A stretch of 62,777 nucleotides of DNA, filler included, from Choristocarpus tenellus KU-1152 (GCA_964200185.2; 8 parts of 8 records of this genome joined end to end with filler, not necessarily neighbours in it), one strand, 5' to 3'. Shown: positions 23,763 to 35,782, counted from the whole stretch's first letter. Translations and numbers: made by a program. Notes: generated from the letters alone by a model not told the origin.

Positions 23763-24749
23763 TGACCTCCATGATCATGTACGAAGGGTAAGACATGATG
23801 ACTGTCTTGAGGTGATCGTAGGTGAGGTCCGGTGCTGTGGATAACTGGGTGAACACCTGTAGCATGCTGTCCCTGATTCTTATGATCAGAGCCCCCTCTT
23901 GGCATGGTCGTCCTTAGCCACCTCCAGCTGCTCGTACTCCGTCCAGACATGATGACGGATGACGAAGTCGGCAGCGTACTCCAACGATGAGCAGTACATG
24001 TCCCGCAGCTTCACCTCGAGAGCTATGAGCAGCATGCGCCGCTGCACTGTAGCGTGCCCCCCGTAGATTTGTTCCAACTCGAGCCAGGCTGCCCTCCCGT
24101 CGGGGTTCCCATTGTTCTCGTGGGTGCTTACCACCATTCCTGCGGCCCCCCCTTGTGGCCTGGCCCAGCAGGAACCACAAGGCCTTACAATGCTCGATGT
24201 ACTCATCGTACGCGCTGCGTTCCCCAAACGATGTATCAGCCATAGGAGATGAGTGGATGTGGTACGCCGATTGGAGGATGCGGTACAGTTCCTTCCCGCC
24301 CGCATAAGTCAGAATCGCCATCTTCCATTTTGCCCACTTCTTCCCTGTACGCCCTCGCGCGACAGTACATAGTGGCAACTTACGTGGGTTCACTTCCATA
24401 CCTGTGAGGCTCGTAACCTGTGCAAAAGAGCCTTTTCGAACTAGAGTTTTTGCTTGATATGGTATAGATGAATGAATTAGCGGAGTGACCACCATCCCTC
24501 GAGGTGAGGGGGTGCCCTGCCTCGTTACCTACTACGCACGTCAACAGAACATATCAGAACATGTCTGCGTCAGTCGCACGGCGCCAGTCATTCTGTGTCA
24601 GTGGTTCTGCATCAGTGGTTTTGTGTCAGTTGTTACGCACCAGTTGTAGTTGCGTCAGCTACTTGTAGCAATCCAAGAAGAAACTAATAAGTCCATCGAG
24701 ACTCGAGTCCATGACTCCTAACTTACTCACTACCACCTTATATTGCACA
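23763..24749 (-). mobile_element. Ty1/copia family A: LTR (24419-24749), PBS and gag
   Basis: Minus strand TGTGCA...TGCACA LTR, then GGTTACGAGCC, then ATG at 24399: MEVNPRKLPL...WAKWKMAILTYAGGKELYRIL. Confidence 0.88.
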
Positions 24750-25305
24750 TATATATACCACCCAATATCTCTTTTTAACTCGAACTATGTCTAGAGCATT
24801 TGGTCTCTTGCCCATATTCTTTATGAACATGCGTTCCCCCATCATCTACTTGGCAAAGTCCGTGAAGGGCACTGAACTGTGTTAATTTGAGACCTTAAGG
24901 TTTCGTACACAATTCCCATCATCCACTGTTGCTTCTTGATTCTTCAAGCAGAGATTATTCAGAACCCAAATGGTCAATCCTCAAACCGAGCTCTCAACTA
25001 CTGGGCACCAATGTGCAGCCACTACAACTACCCTAGAGATGAAGAGATAACCATAGAATGCCAGGATTCTGGTCCGTCCAACGCACCAATGAGCGTGAAT
25101 AAGATGTATGGTTGAGCTTACACTTCGCTACCATCCACCCTGTTGTGAACTCCTAAATTCCCAGATATGATACCTCTCTGTACAGGATCTATCATATATC
25201 TGGCGAACGACTGATCAACGACAAAATCCTACGCAGTCCTGATTTGAATTTCCACATACCCAAGGAAGAATCTGTTGTTTCGTTAGTTAGAAGTGATCTC
25301 TGTGC

Positions 25306-25565
25306 AACGAATGGCTTTATCTAATTTACTTGCAAGTAATATATGGTCTTCCTCATTACAAGAGATCGCGCTGACCAACTTATCGTCATTGTCCATTCTG
25401 ATATCAATTTTTCCATTTAATTGAATTTTATTTCAAATCAGATAAATCATTTCGACGAATATTTCCTTTTGCCGTAGCAAAAATAATATGCATATTATCC
25501 CATTCATCATGATTCTCAGGCATAGGCATTACATTTGTCATAGTCTTCCGATCATGCAATGGAAG
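25306..25565 (-). pseudogene. gyrA: Bacterial (Rickettsiaceae-like) DNA gyrase subunit A C-terminal fragment, frameshifted
   Basis: Minus strand: LPLHDRKTMTNVMPMPENHDEWDNMHIIFATAKGNIRRNDLSDLK-(+1 nt at ~25430)-KIQLNGKIDIRMDNDDKLVSAISCNEEDHILLASKLDKAIR. Collinear with the recalled Rickettsia GyrA beta-pinwheel region (PENQDEWD..FATAKGNIRRSDLLDFKKIQSNGKIAIRLDEDDKL..HILLATKAGKALRF). No introns, AT-rich. Confidence 0.88.
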
Positions 25566-25835
25566 ACAAAAAGAGCTGTTTGAATAGAGTTAATTAGTGG
25601 AGTGAGCACCATTCTTCGAGGTAAGGGGGGTGCTTTGCCTCGTTATCTATTGCGTACGTCAGCAGACACGTCAGAACGTGTCTGCATCAGTCGCACCTAC
25701 GTCACTCGTTCTGCATCAGTCGTACCACGTCACTCGTTCTGCGTGACTAGTACTGCGTTACTCGTCCGAAGTCAGTCATCAAGTAAAAAAAAAAAACTGT
25801 AGAGATTCGATCATATGAATTTGGGCGTACCTAAG
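25566..25835 (-). mobile_element. Copia family A LTR (degenerate, solo-like)
   Basis: AAAGAGCTGTTTGAATAGAGT..AGTGGAGTGAGCACCATTCTTCGAGGT.. matches the LTR at 24419-24749 in the same orientation. Confidence 0.8.
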
Positions 25836-28060
25836 TGTGCAATTTAACTTGGGAGGTAATGCTATTTATCAGTAGTGAAGATAAGAATGTGTGAAGCCTC
25901 ACACGGTTCCCCATTGCTGAAAGTGATTAAATGGTTGAAATTAAAAGAGTAACCTTTGTGGGGTGTTCTCTCACTGTTTTATTAATATTTGTGCTTCCTA
26001 CCGAAGTCAACGGTTGTGTCAAAGTAGTTGAATGCAGAATAATAACCTATCCGTAATCCCATTCATAATAATCCAGATGTACTATCTTATTAGCTACATC
26101 TCTCATACACAGAGTAAGGTACACCTCAATATTGTCCTATTTTGCACACTCCCCCATGAGAGCGCAGGCAATGAAGGGTTGCTGGAACTCTCAAACCTAA
26201 AGAGTGGTAAGAAACAAAAAAATGGTTCAACTCTAACACACATCACAATTATCCTGTCAATGCAGTAAAAGAACACTGATTGCTTGAACTCGAACATACG
26301 AAGTCTTTTACCTGCTTGTTTAGATGCACCAATACAGTGGTATACAATCGTGTCCAATGATGATCCCTCACTTAAGAGTATGGGTAAAATTTTGAACAAG
26401 CCCCCTTTTTCTGCTTCTCTTGTTGGATATCATAATGAATGTTTTGTACATCCTCTCATTAAATGAAGTCCTGTGCCACTAATCTGGTCTTGAACTCCTT
26501 AATGGTTCCCTCAGTGTGTTGGCTTTGTCTTAAATTCAGAATTGGATTTCTTCCCCATATCAAAGCCTCTCCTCCCTCTATGAATGTTCCTTTCATCCAT
26601 TGATACTCCATCTTCTCCATTGCCGCTTGCCATTCTCGCGTGTCAGGCCCTGTCAGTGCCTCTGATATAGAAGACGGTTCTTGATGGTCTGAAGTAGATA
26701 CATATTATTTACTTCCCAGACTTACAAGTCTTGTGCAGGCAGCCCTTTGCTGACAACCTTCCTCGCCAGGGTGCCTGTGATATATTGCATGCTTCATTTC
26801 ATGTACCATTGCTGTCCATTTCGCTTCTGATGAAGATGTGGTTATAGCTCCTTGCATCTTGGATTTCCATGCAATTGGTGCCTCATTTAATAGGATTAGG
26901 TATCCCGTCATGCTTCGTCTTGAAACAGTGTCATTGCCCCAGTCATAGTCTCCATACCCGACCAGGCCCCCCCATTGTTCATTTCACCACGAGCAGGATA
27001 GTGCATCCCTACTTTCATGGTGCCTAATAGGTATCGTAGAACATGTTGCAGCCCTTTGCTGACAACCTTCCACTGTTTTTCTTTTCTGGCTCCAACCCTA
27101 GTCCAGCTAATTCCTCCGCCTATTTAGACGGTGTCGCTCTCCTCTGGCGACAAACGATCTGAAGTTCTCCTTTACCTCCAGAATTGGAGCATATTCCTTT
27201 GAAAGAACAAGGACCAATATGCTTGATCAGTCCAGAGTTTAAAGATCTTCTGTTGGCCCTGATCTCGTCTCTGGTAGGGGATCCTGTTGTAATATGGTCC
27301 GTACGTTGACCAGTTGTACCTTGGCCGCCTCCTCCACTGACCTTCTGTGTTCTCTTTCATGATATATGGTCCCAGCGGCTAGAGTGCTCCCAGGCTCCCC
27401 GTGGTTAGCTCCTCCTTTCCCTTCTGATGGAGGCTTAGTTACTGCTCCTGCTAATGTCCTGCTCCCAGCAATTGCTTTTCTCATTCCATAAGCAAGAAAG
27501 AATCTTGGGGTGTCCACTCCAATCCATGGGCATGCCCCCTCAGGGACAAGTGTTGTGACGACTGCTCCAGGTCCATAGGCAGATTATTGAGCCTCAGGCT
27601 CAGGCTCAGGGTTGCAGCTCCGGCTGCTGTATTGCCTCGATAATCTCCCCCATCTATTCACAGGGTCCCCGTGCTCAATATTCGGCATTGCGTACCAGGT
27701 ACCCAAACTAACCCCCAACCTCCAGTTCTTGCTTGTTATCGATCGTATCGTATTCCATGTCTCCTTAGCCTCCAGCTTCCCATAACCCCCTCGTCATTTT
27801 AGAAGAAGGAACCATAACACCTTGTTCTTCTTTGTGTGTGGGCATGTGCCGTACGCACTTCCTCTCCCTAGATGAGATGGTGGTGGTGGGTGTTTCAGGA
27901 ATCTCTTAGTCCCTCGTTGTAATCTCGTACAAACCCTTTCTACCAGCGTAGGCGATCAATGACAGTCTCTAGGTTGACCAGGTCTCCAATGACCTCCCTG
28001 TGGCCCCCCCCCCGCCCCGACACAGATCGGCAGACCACACGGCCGAACTCCCGTCACCCC
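25836..28060 (-). mobile_element. Ty1/copia family B, deleted/rearranged (gag, pol linker, RNaseH, RT start, PPT, 3' LTR)
   Basis: LTR 25836-26148, PPT, RNaseH SMTGYLILLNEAPIAWKSKMQGAITTSSSEAKW (26705-26911), gag WSTxRLSLIAYAGRKGLYEI (~27920-27985). Confidence 0.85.
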
Positions 28061-28160
28061 NNNNNNNNNNNNNNNNNNNNNNNNNNNNNNNNNNNNNNNN
28101 NNNNTTAATTAATTAANNNNNNNNNNNNNNNNNNNNNNNNNNNNNNNNNNNNNNNNNNNN
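28061..28160. other. Artificial contig linker
   Basis: N44-TTAATTAATTAA-N44. Confidence 0.97.
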
Positions 28161-31057
28161 GGTGACGGCGGCAGTTACGTTGGAGGAGAGGATGAAGGGG
28201 TGAGGATGAGAGGGGCTGCGTGGAGGGCGGGGAGGGGGAAGAGGGATCCCTTGACGGGGGACTTTTCGATGAAGTGGTTGTCAAAGGAGGAGGGAGAGGT
28301 GAGGCAAGGGTGGTACCTAGCTTCTTTTTCTTGTGGGAGTGTTGTAGATGTAGACAAGAAAAAAACATAGAGTGGGAATGTTGGGTTGGGGCTTTTAGGA
28401 TTTGTGGAGTTTCAATGCCAAGTGAGTGTATCGTTTTTGTTCTCTCAGCCCACGTCACCCCCATCCCCATCGCATGCACCCCCTGCCTGCCTGATGACTC
28501 TGCAAATGTAAATCCCGGGTCTTTAAACACACATATTTGTTGTACGTATTGCTGCCGCCATTTATTAAAAATCTGTTCTCAGATGGTGGAGACAAGGACG
28601 ATCTGCTTCCCCAAGGGTGGTCACACCATCCCTCAAAAAGAGGCAGCTACGATCAGGAGGAGAGGCGTCTTTCTTGTGCGGAACACGAAACACTCTTGTG
28701 AGAGGAATTGTTTTTCTGGGGAGGGGCCTGCAGGGGCCATGTTATTGGCTGACGGGCCAGGCGTAAAGGGCACTGTTAGCTCCTCAGCAAGATCAGTAGT
28801 CTCTAGAGCTAGGAGGAAGAGGAGGGTGGGGAGATGGAGGGAAGTGTGGGGCAAGATGCAGGAGAAGTGGCCCGATGCTAATGTGATGATGCTGGATGAT
28901 GGGGATGTGGCGAAAGACAGGTGGGTTGGTAGTGAAGAAGGAAGAGGGGCGGAGCCCAGCACAGCAAGTATATGTGCAAGTATCAGTCCCAACTTTCAGA
29001 TGTGGGGGTATGGGGTTGATCGATATCCAGAACTTGACTGGCATTGTGTTTGGTTGTCTGTTGGGGGTGAGTGTGGATGGTGTGATCGATATCCTTCAAC
29101 TTCCTTCAGCAGTACAACATACCTTTGCTCAATCAAAACATTCAACCAAAACTTCACCCGATTTCCCAAACACCCATCCCCTTACACCCGATGCCATTAC
29201 TTCTCAATGCAGATACAACATGGAGGTAAGTCCCTTAGCCTTTGTAGAACTCAACACCCTTGTCTTATCCACAACCATTTCGCCGATCCTTCAGGCCCCC
29301 CCACACTACTCTGTTCACTGGTTTTATGTTCTTGTCTGACTTTATGACCCCTTTACAGGCACTGTATCCACTTTCATCTGGGCAAACCATCTCAAGTTTT
29401 GTTTTCATCTTGTATGGGTTGGGTGGACTTGGTTCAGGTGGTTGTGCTGCTGTTGCCTGCTACTACCACACACCCCCCACCCCCCCTCCATTCTCTTTGT
29501 TTATTTTTATTTTTCTCATTTATCTGACATGTTGGCACCCTAATCCCTACTACCTGCACCAATACGGGTCAAAATCCACCGTGGTGAGTTCTTGTTGACC
29601 ACCTCCTCCCCCACCCCTCTCCTTTCAATCCCATTATCCTTCCACCCTCGCTCCTCACTCACAGGTGCGACACTCCTGGGCGGCATGTTTTGGGTAGTGA
29701 GTCAGAATCGATATTTGAGGGTCTCAGCACTGTATCAATCGCTCCTGCCGTCACTCTCACTGCTACCTCTACAAACGAATCTGAGAGGTTATCCACTGGG
29801 GAGTATGCTGGTGAGTCTGACACGGGTGCCAGGGTGGATGAGTCACGAGGGGAGGTGGATTTCAAAACAAAGACGTCAGTGACTCAGAAGCGCAAGCGCA
29901 AACATAGTGCTACTGCAGTCAAGGGGGTTAGGAAAGGGAAGGGAAAGCGTGGTCCCAGGCGTGGTAAGTGCAGGGTTGGTGCCAAGAAACGACCTGATAA
30001 AGTTTCCCGGAGGGATGTGTCTTCGTCACCATCTGCTGGGTGGGTAGGTGATGCAGAGACGGAAGCTGAGGACTTGACAATCAAGGAGAGTGCAATGATG
30101 GTGGTGGCAACAACCTCCTCAGAGGATGGAGAGGGTAAGGAGGCAGTGCCAACTGCTTCTGGGGAAGTAGGAGATGCATCGGAGGCAATGGAGGAGGCAG
30201 TTGTTGTGGCAATGGCCAAGGAAGAAGAGGCAACAGAAGTGTCAGTGATGGATTTGGAGCTACAGTCTCTTACACCTGGAGGAACCAATACTTCGAACGG
30301 CCTACACGGGGCCATCACCTATGCAACAGGGCAGGAAGGGCCAGTTGCAGCCGTGGTGGAAGAGGTGGAAGTTTCGAAGGTGGGTTTGGAGGTCCTGCGG
30401 CCTGGGCTAGTTTCAGTCAGGAGTTCGGGTGGGAAAGAGGCTGCTGCTGTGATTGATGATTTGTCGGTTGCAGCGGTGGTGAGAAAGGGAGAGGTGGTGG
30501 ATGTGCCGCCGGTTGATTCAAAGCTGCAGGCTGAGCCCGAGTCAGTCAAGGCTTTGGACGAGGAGCAGGTGAGGGCCGCGATGAAGGAACGTCTGTATGA
30601 GATGTTAATATCAGACAGCCAACGCCAAGTGTCAACCCCCAGCGGTGACAGTGGAAACCATGAGATTTCCTTGTCTAGCAGCTGTGGGGGCAGCAGCAGC
30701 AGGGAACGTGGTGAAGAGTGTGGGAGCGGCGAAGTTGGTTGCAATGGAGGTGATAGGGGTGGGAGTGGCCGAGTTGGGCGTGATGACGTCGAAGGCAGTG
30801 AGGGTGAGGGGAAGGAGGGAGAGGGGGGCAACCAACAGATGCGCTGCTGGTCGAGGGAATTGTCACTGGAAGGGGACTGTTACGGCAGGCATAGCAATGA
30901 TCGTTGTTGCACCTTCAGTCAAATCCGCAGCCACAGCCGCTGCCATCGGCAAAGCCAGAGTCAAGGTCGAAGTCGCAGCCAAAGTCGCAGCTGGTGCAAG
31001 TCCAACGCCCTGAGGGGCCGGAGGCACCGCCAACATGGTGTTGAGGATAGGGGTGGT
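28161..31057 (+). CDS. Internal fragment of an unknown gene (short globular segment, basic NLS-like patch, acidic and RS-like low-complexity regions)
   Basis: Phase-consistent exons 28161-28298, 28583-28920 and 29665-31057: AAWRAGRGKRDPLTGDFSMKWLSKEEGE|MVETRTICFPKG...DR|CDTPGRHVLGSES...QKRKRKH... Open at both contig ends. Confidence 0.6.
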
Positions 31058-31157
31058 NNNNNNNNNNNNNNNNNNNNNNNNNNNNNNNNNNNNNNNNNNN
31101 NTTAATTAATTAANNNNNNNNNNNNNNNNNNNNNNNNNNNNNNNNNNNNNNNNNNNN
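31058..31157. other. Artificial contig linker
   Basis: N44-TTAATTAATTAA-N44. Confidence 0.97.
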
Positions 31158-33583
31158 CTGACCATCACAACTTCAGCCCCCTTTCCCCCACCCCCTCTCC
31201 TCGCCCTCGGCCCCACACCACCCTTAGAGTCTGATTTGCTCTCCCACCGAACAACGTCAAGAAAGAAAGAAAAAAAAAGAGATGCTGGTACATTTTTACG
31301 CTTGAGTGTACACGATGACATGCTCCTTGCAGGCAAACACAACCCAAGGCAATCAGTGGAGGGTACTGTTACCTATGTACAGGGCAAAATATACAATCTC
31401 CCCCCTCATACGCACACACACACACACACACACAGCAAACTCTCTCACTTCCTTTGTTTGTGAATCCAACGCATGCCTGATCTTGTGTAACTCCTCTCTG
31501 CTGTCGAAGGTCATGGTAACTATCCCCACTGTGTTGTTTGCCCCATGGAGCAGGGCCACAAAAAAAAAAAAGCATGAACACATTCGGCATTAAGCCGAGG
31601 GGGGTAAGGTAGGGGACGAATTGATGAGCAACTGGATCAAATCTTACTTCACAAAGGGAGTCTTTCTCAAACAGAGGGGTACTTTTCGCACTGAAGAAAG
31701 CAATTGAGTCCCAAACAGGCCACATAAACTGCCTTTTGGACACATTCGAAAGAGTCCACTTCAAACACACAAACACAAGTACACCAAAAAGTAGGATACC
31801 TCAAGTGGTGCTCGAACAGAAAGAAATGGAACAGAACAACAACAACAACAACAACAACAACAATAAAAGCAAGGCTTCATGTGTGCTGAAAATCATTTGT
31901 TCATCTCTCTGCAAAGCCTAGTATCGGTACTACGTAGTAGTGCTTAGTGGTGCTGGTGATTGTAATGTGTCAATGTTGTTGCATGCGGCACAATCACAAA
32001 AGCAAAAAAAAAGGTCTTACGCAACAGTCTCGTGTGCAAAGACACAACAAAAAAATGGATGTGAGTCACAGGCTTTATTCGATCAAACCTGAGAGGGCAA
32101 AGTTGAGGGCATCCACTGCTTTGCACGGGTTTGCATATATCACCCTTGACGGATCCACACCACATGATAACACCTGATTGATCTCGGCAGGGCTGGCACA
32201 GTCAAAACCACACCCAGGAAATGAAGAAAGAGCCCGTACTACAGCTTGGTTGGAATTGCACTTCACCGCTGTTATCAAGGGAGATTCACACATTCGGTTT
32301 CATTTAAGGGTACTGCAGGTTCAAAGAGGGTGGCAGGATAAAACGTGATGGGGTGAGGGGTGGGGCTATTGACTCAATGACTTGTTGGATCTGACTGCGG
32401 AAGACACCATATCCATCGAGAGTGTTCACACTTGTGATAGGAGGACGAAGGAGTAGTGAAAAAAGATGTTGGGTCTTGTGAATACCTTGACCTGCTATTT
32501 TGGTAGTGTGCGAAGCAATAACAGAGGAATGGGAAAGGTTTCGAGAACAGGAAGGCATATCAGATGACAAGTGATAACCCTTCATAGCACAGACAGTAGC
32601 ACAGAGTTGATAGTCACTATCCCTTGAACTGTTGATTTCGGTTCTGACATTCCCGCACAATTTACCATTCCCGCGCAATGCGCCACTCCTATGTCGTTGT
32701 CACTCCAAACCCGTTGTACCTTCTTGTACATACAGTATAGTGTCACCATCGGTTTCCTCCCAGGTCCACTGCTCTCACTCATTGGAGGGTCATGGGGACT
32801 CTGGAATAGCATACCCAAATTATGGCACATTGCCTAACTGACTCTGGCACTGAACTTCTGTCCTTGCCGGACGATACACACATGATACATACACACCGAT
32901 GCATATGTTGAGGATCATTGATGGGGCTCAGTAGATTACATCCATTCGTGGCCACACAGGAATCTACTGTAGCTATCAATACACACATGTCCTCTCCAGT
33001 CATTTCCATCCTACGGGATCTTGTTCCTGTCCCCCAACAACATAGATCCCAAGTCATATCTCACCATAAAAGGGTTTCACCCTTGGAAAGCACTCATGCC
33101 ACCTCCGAAACTTGTGCACGATGCACTGAATGTCCACAATGAAAAAAGCACCCACAATCTCATGTCCCACCCCACCAGTATCATCATAATTGTTCGTTCT
33201 TGTCAGCGCCTGCTCAAGTCACAAAAGGATACGACCACATAGTTCCCTGCTGAGTCAACTTTACCCAACTCCCTCCCTCGGAGGAAATTTCAATTTTAGC
33301 GAGGCCTGAGTTGTACTGCAAAGGAAGCCTCAAAGGACAGAATAGCCATGATACCAACGCTAAACCACGATATTCCCCTTGGCGCCACCTCTTCTCTCCC
33401 AATGGCGACCAAATGCGGAAGCCATTCCCTAGAGCCAGCCACAGGCAAGGCTAGACAGTTAGTTCTTGTAGACGTGGAGGGCAGCACAACATCATTGAGC
33501 AGAGAATTATCTACTGTCACATCTACCACCGGATTGACTGCAGAGTCGAGGAGGAGCGGACGCCCCATGTGTGTTGCAACCAT
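31158..33583 (-). CDS. ODC: Ornithine decarboxylase (fold-III PLP enzyme), 5' part; 3' part lost at the gap
   Basis: Exons 33065-33209 (GAFFIVDIQCIVHKFRRWHECFPRVKPFY), 32089-32268 (AVKCNSNQAVVRAL..GFDCASPAEI..IYANPCKA) and 31449-31528 (GIVTMTFDSREELHKI). PFYAVKCN PLP-lysine motif intact across an intron. First exon probably starts at ATG 33583; its donor is uncertain. Confidence 0.9.
31412..31433. repeat. (CA)n microsatellite in ODC intron
   Basis: cacacacacacacacacacaca. Confidence 0.9.
31835..31863. repeat. (AAC)n microsatellite in ODC intron
   Basis: aacaacaac... about 9 units. Confidence 0.9.
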
Positions 33584-33713
33584 CACCACTCCACTTGCAA
33601 ATTGTTGGAAGGAGATGTTAAAATTGTTGAATTTGACTGAACATTATAGAGCCAGTGCGGAACACAATCACAACTCACAACTCCGACAAAGATCCCAAGA
33701 TTTCAAGAACATA

Positions 33714-35782
33714 ATGAACACCCATCGAAACAGCAATGCCGCTCGGGAGCACAGGGGTGTCCCAGACAAGTCTAGTTCATCGATCAACTTATCCACACGC
33801 CATAGCAGTGGGTCAGACCACCGCGAGGAATTACCCCCGACAAGCGTAGCCTGCCCTTCTTCACGACGAAGCTGTGCAGCAAAATCTCACGAGGAAAATG
33901 CCGCCTACATGGACGACTTTCGAATGGCCGTTAAAGATATGTACCTCGAATTGGAGGAGCCGGAGCCGGAAACAAGGAGAGGGGATGTGAGCATTGACCA
34001 CGGACGGAGAAGGTACGATAATGTGGGGGGGATGCAAAGGGGAATCAGTTTGGCAGAGCAGCTGGTGACTCAGCATCAAGAAGCAGCAGCAGCAGGATGG
34101 TATAGCGGGCCTATAGACCCATCAGGGCAGGTGAGCTATTGTGAGACAGCCGTGATTATGTTGGCACTGGAGATCCACCATTAGGTGGCTCGTTGTTAGA
34201 ACCGACCATCTCTTTGGCGTCGTTTTCCCTACAAACACCCTGCCCAACATGTCAGTCGATACAGAAAGCGTGCTTTCGCCGGGACTCTAGCTGCACCGAT
34301 GAAGCAAAGTGTTGATTTTCCCTTGCAATCATTCATCCACCCTATATAGTCACCTTCATATCTTCGAATTTTGCTCCATACTGCGAATCCATCCTTGCCC
34401 CTCATCACCCTGGTATCAAGCTGCTGGATCTCAGCGATCGTAATGTCCTCTGCCTGAGCGTATGGGAGGATGAAGCGGTCTTCGGATCTGCCGACCATGC
34501 CCTTTACTGCATTAACCAGAGAACAGGACGTATGATAAGAATGTTGCACTCGCGGGCAGCTGGACATTGTGAGTGGGTCACCGCAGTAGTCCACACCTCC
34601 CTCGGAGACATTGTATCTGCAGGAATGGATGGGAAACTGTGTTTGTGGGCCGCCGATGGCAGGGAACAAAATGAAAGTGAAGAGATGGGGGCAAGCATGA
34701 CCGAAGTACGGCGAGGGCACCCCGCAAGTAGTAAAGGTAAGGGTACCAATAGAGGTAACGGCAGGCAGAGAAGTGGGGGCCGGGGGAGTATCGTTTCCTG
34801 TCACGAAACTATTGCACACAATGGATCAGTGGCCACACTCCAAGCAGATTTAGAAGGGCGGATTGTCTCTTGTGGGTACAGCAGCGATGCTATTCGCGTA
34901 TGGGACTGCTCTGAGTCTAATGGACCACCACGTGCTGCCGGTGAACTGAGTGCTCCTACAATTACTGCTCCTTGCTTGGACTTTGCCTGGGAGGATAATA
35001 CCCTCCTTAGCGGGCACCGAGATGGCTGCCTTGGACTTTGGGACCTGGGAACCGGTCAACTGGCAGTTGGAGGGGGGGGAGATGTAGTAACAGTCAGGCA
35101 CAATCCCTATACCATTGATAATGGGGCAGGAAGTGCACCAAGATCCCTGAAGGGGTTCTTGGCTCACAAAGGGCATGTCACTGTGGTACAATGCCTTTCA
35201 AACCCCCCTGGTGGGGGGCATCCAGGCCCACTATTTGTGACAGGAGGACAGGATGGCTGGGTGCGTGTCTGGGATGCCCGGATGGGTTTCAGGGAGGGCA
35301 ATGCTGCACTTGCAGCACCTGCACACCGAAGCCCAATTGGGGTGGGTGCTGTGGGAGGTGTGTTGGAGGCTGGTAATCTGGGTCAGCTTGCCTCTTTTGG
35401 AGCAGACAGGCGGGTTTGTGTCTTAGAGATGCGTGGAGGGGCGGGAACATTTGAGGTAGAGGAGCAGGGGATACCAGGGGGGCTGACAGTGAGGCATTGT
35501 TTCTGTGATCACAGAGACTTCATATACTGCATGGATTATGTTCCTGCGAGGAACGATGATGGGCATAGAGGTGGTGATGGTTGTGCGGGTGGGATTGTGG
35601 TTACAGGTGGTGGGGACGGCATGCTTCTGGTCCATGACCTTGGAGAAATGCGACTTTTGTATGGCCTTGGGTGCTGTAGCAAGGGGGCGGTGAGGTGTGT
35701 ATCAGCAGGTGGAGGAGATGGAACAAGGCTGGCTGTTGGAGGTGATGATGGCAATGCTCTTCTGTACAGATTCTCTCGCTGA
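33714..35782 (+). CDS. WD40-repeat protein
   Basis: join(33714..34130,34421..35782): GWYSGPIDPSGQ|LLDLSDRNVLCLSV..GSADHALY.., GHCEWVT..SAGMDGKLCLW, SGHRDGCLGLWD, AHKGHVT..TGGQDGWVRVWD, GGDDG. Start codon is inferred; the ORF is open back to 33348. Confidence 0.88.

Noticed and set aside
25306-25565. gyrA piece as simple bacterial contamination or as the host's organellar gyrase gene
   Set aside because: It is embedded mid-contig between host-type repeats, frameshifted, intronless and rickettsial in signature; read-level confirmation is still needed.
33348-33713. Long N-terminal extension of the WD40 protein from the ATG at 33348
   Set aside because: It overlaps the probable ODC first exon on the opposite strand; the ATG at 33714 is more parsimonious.
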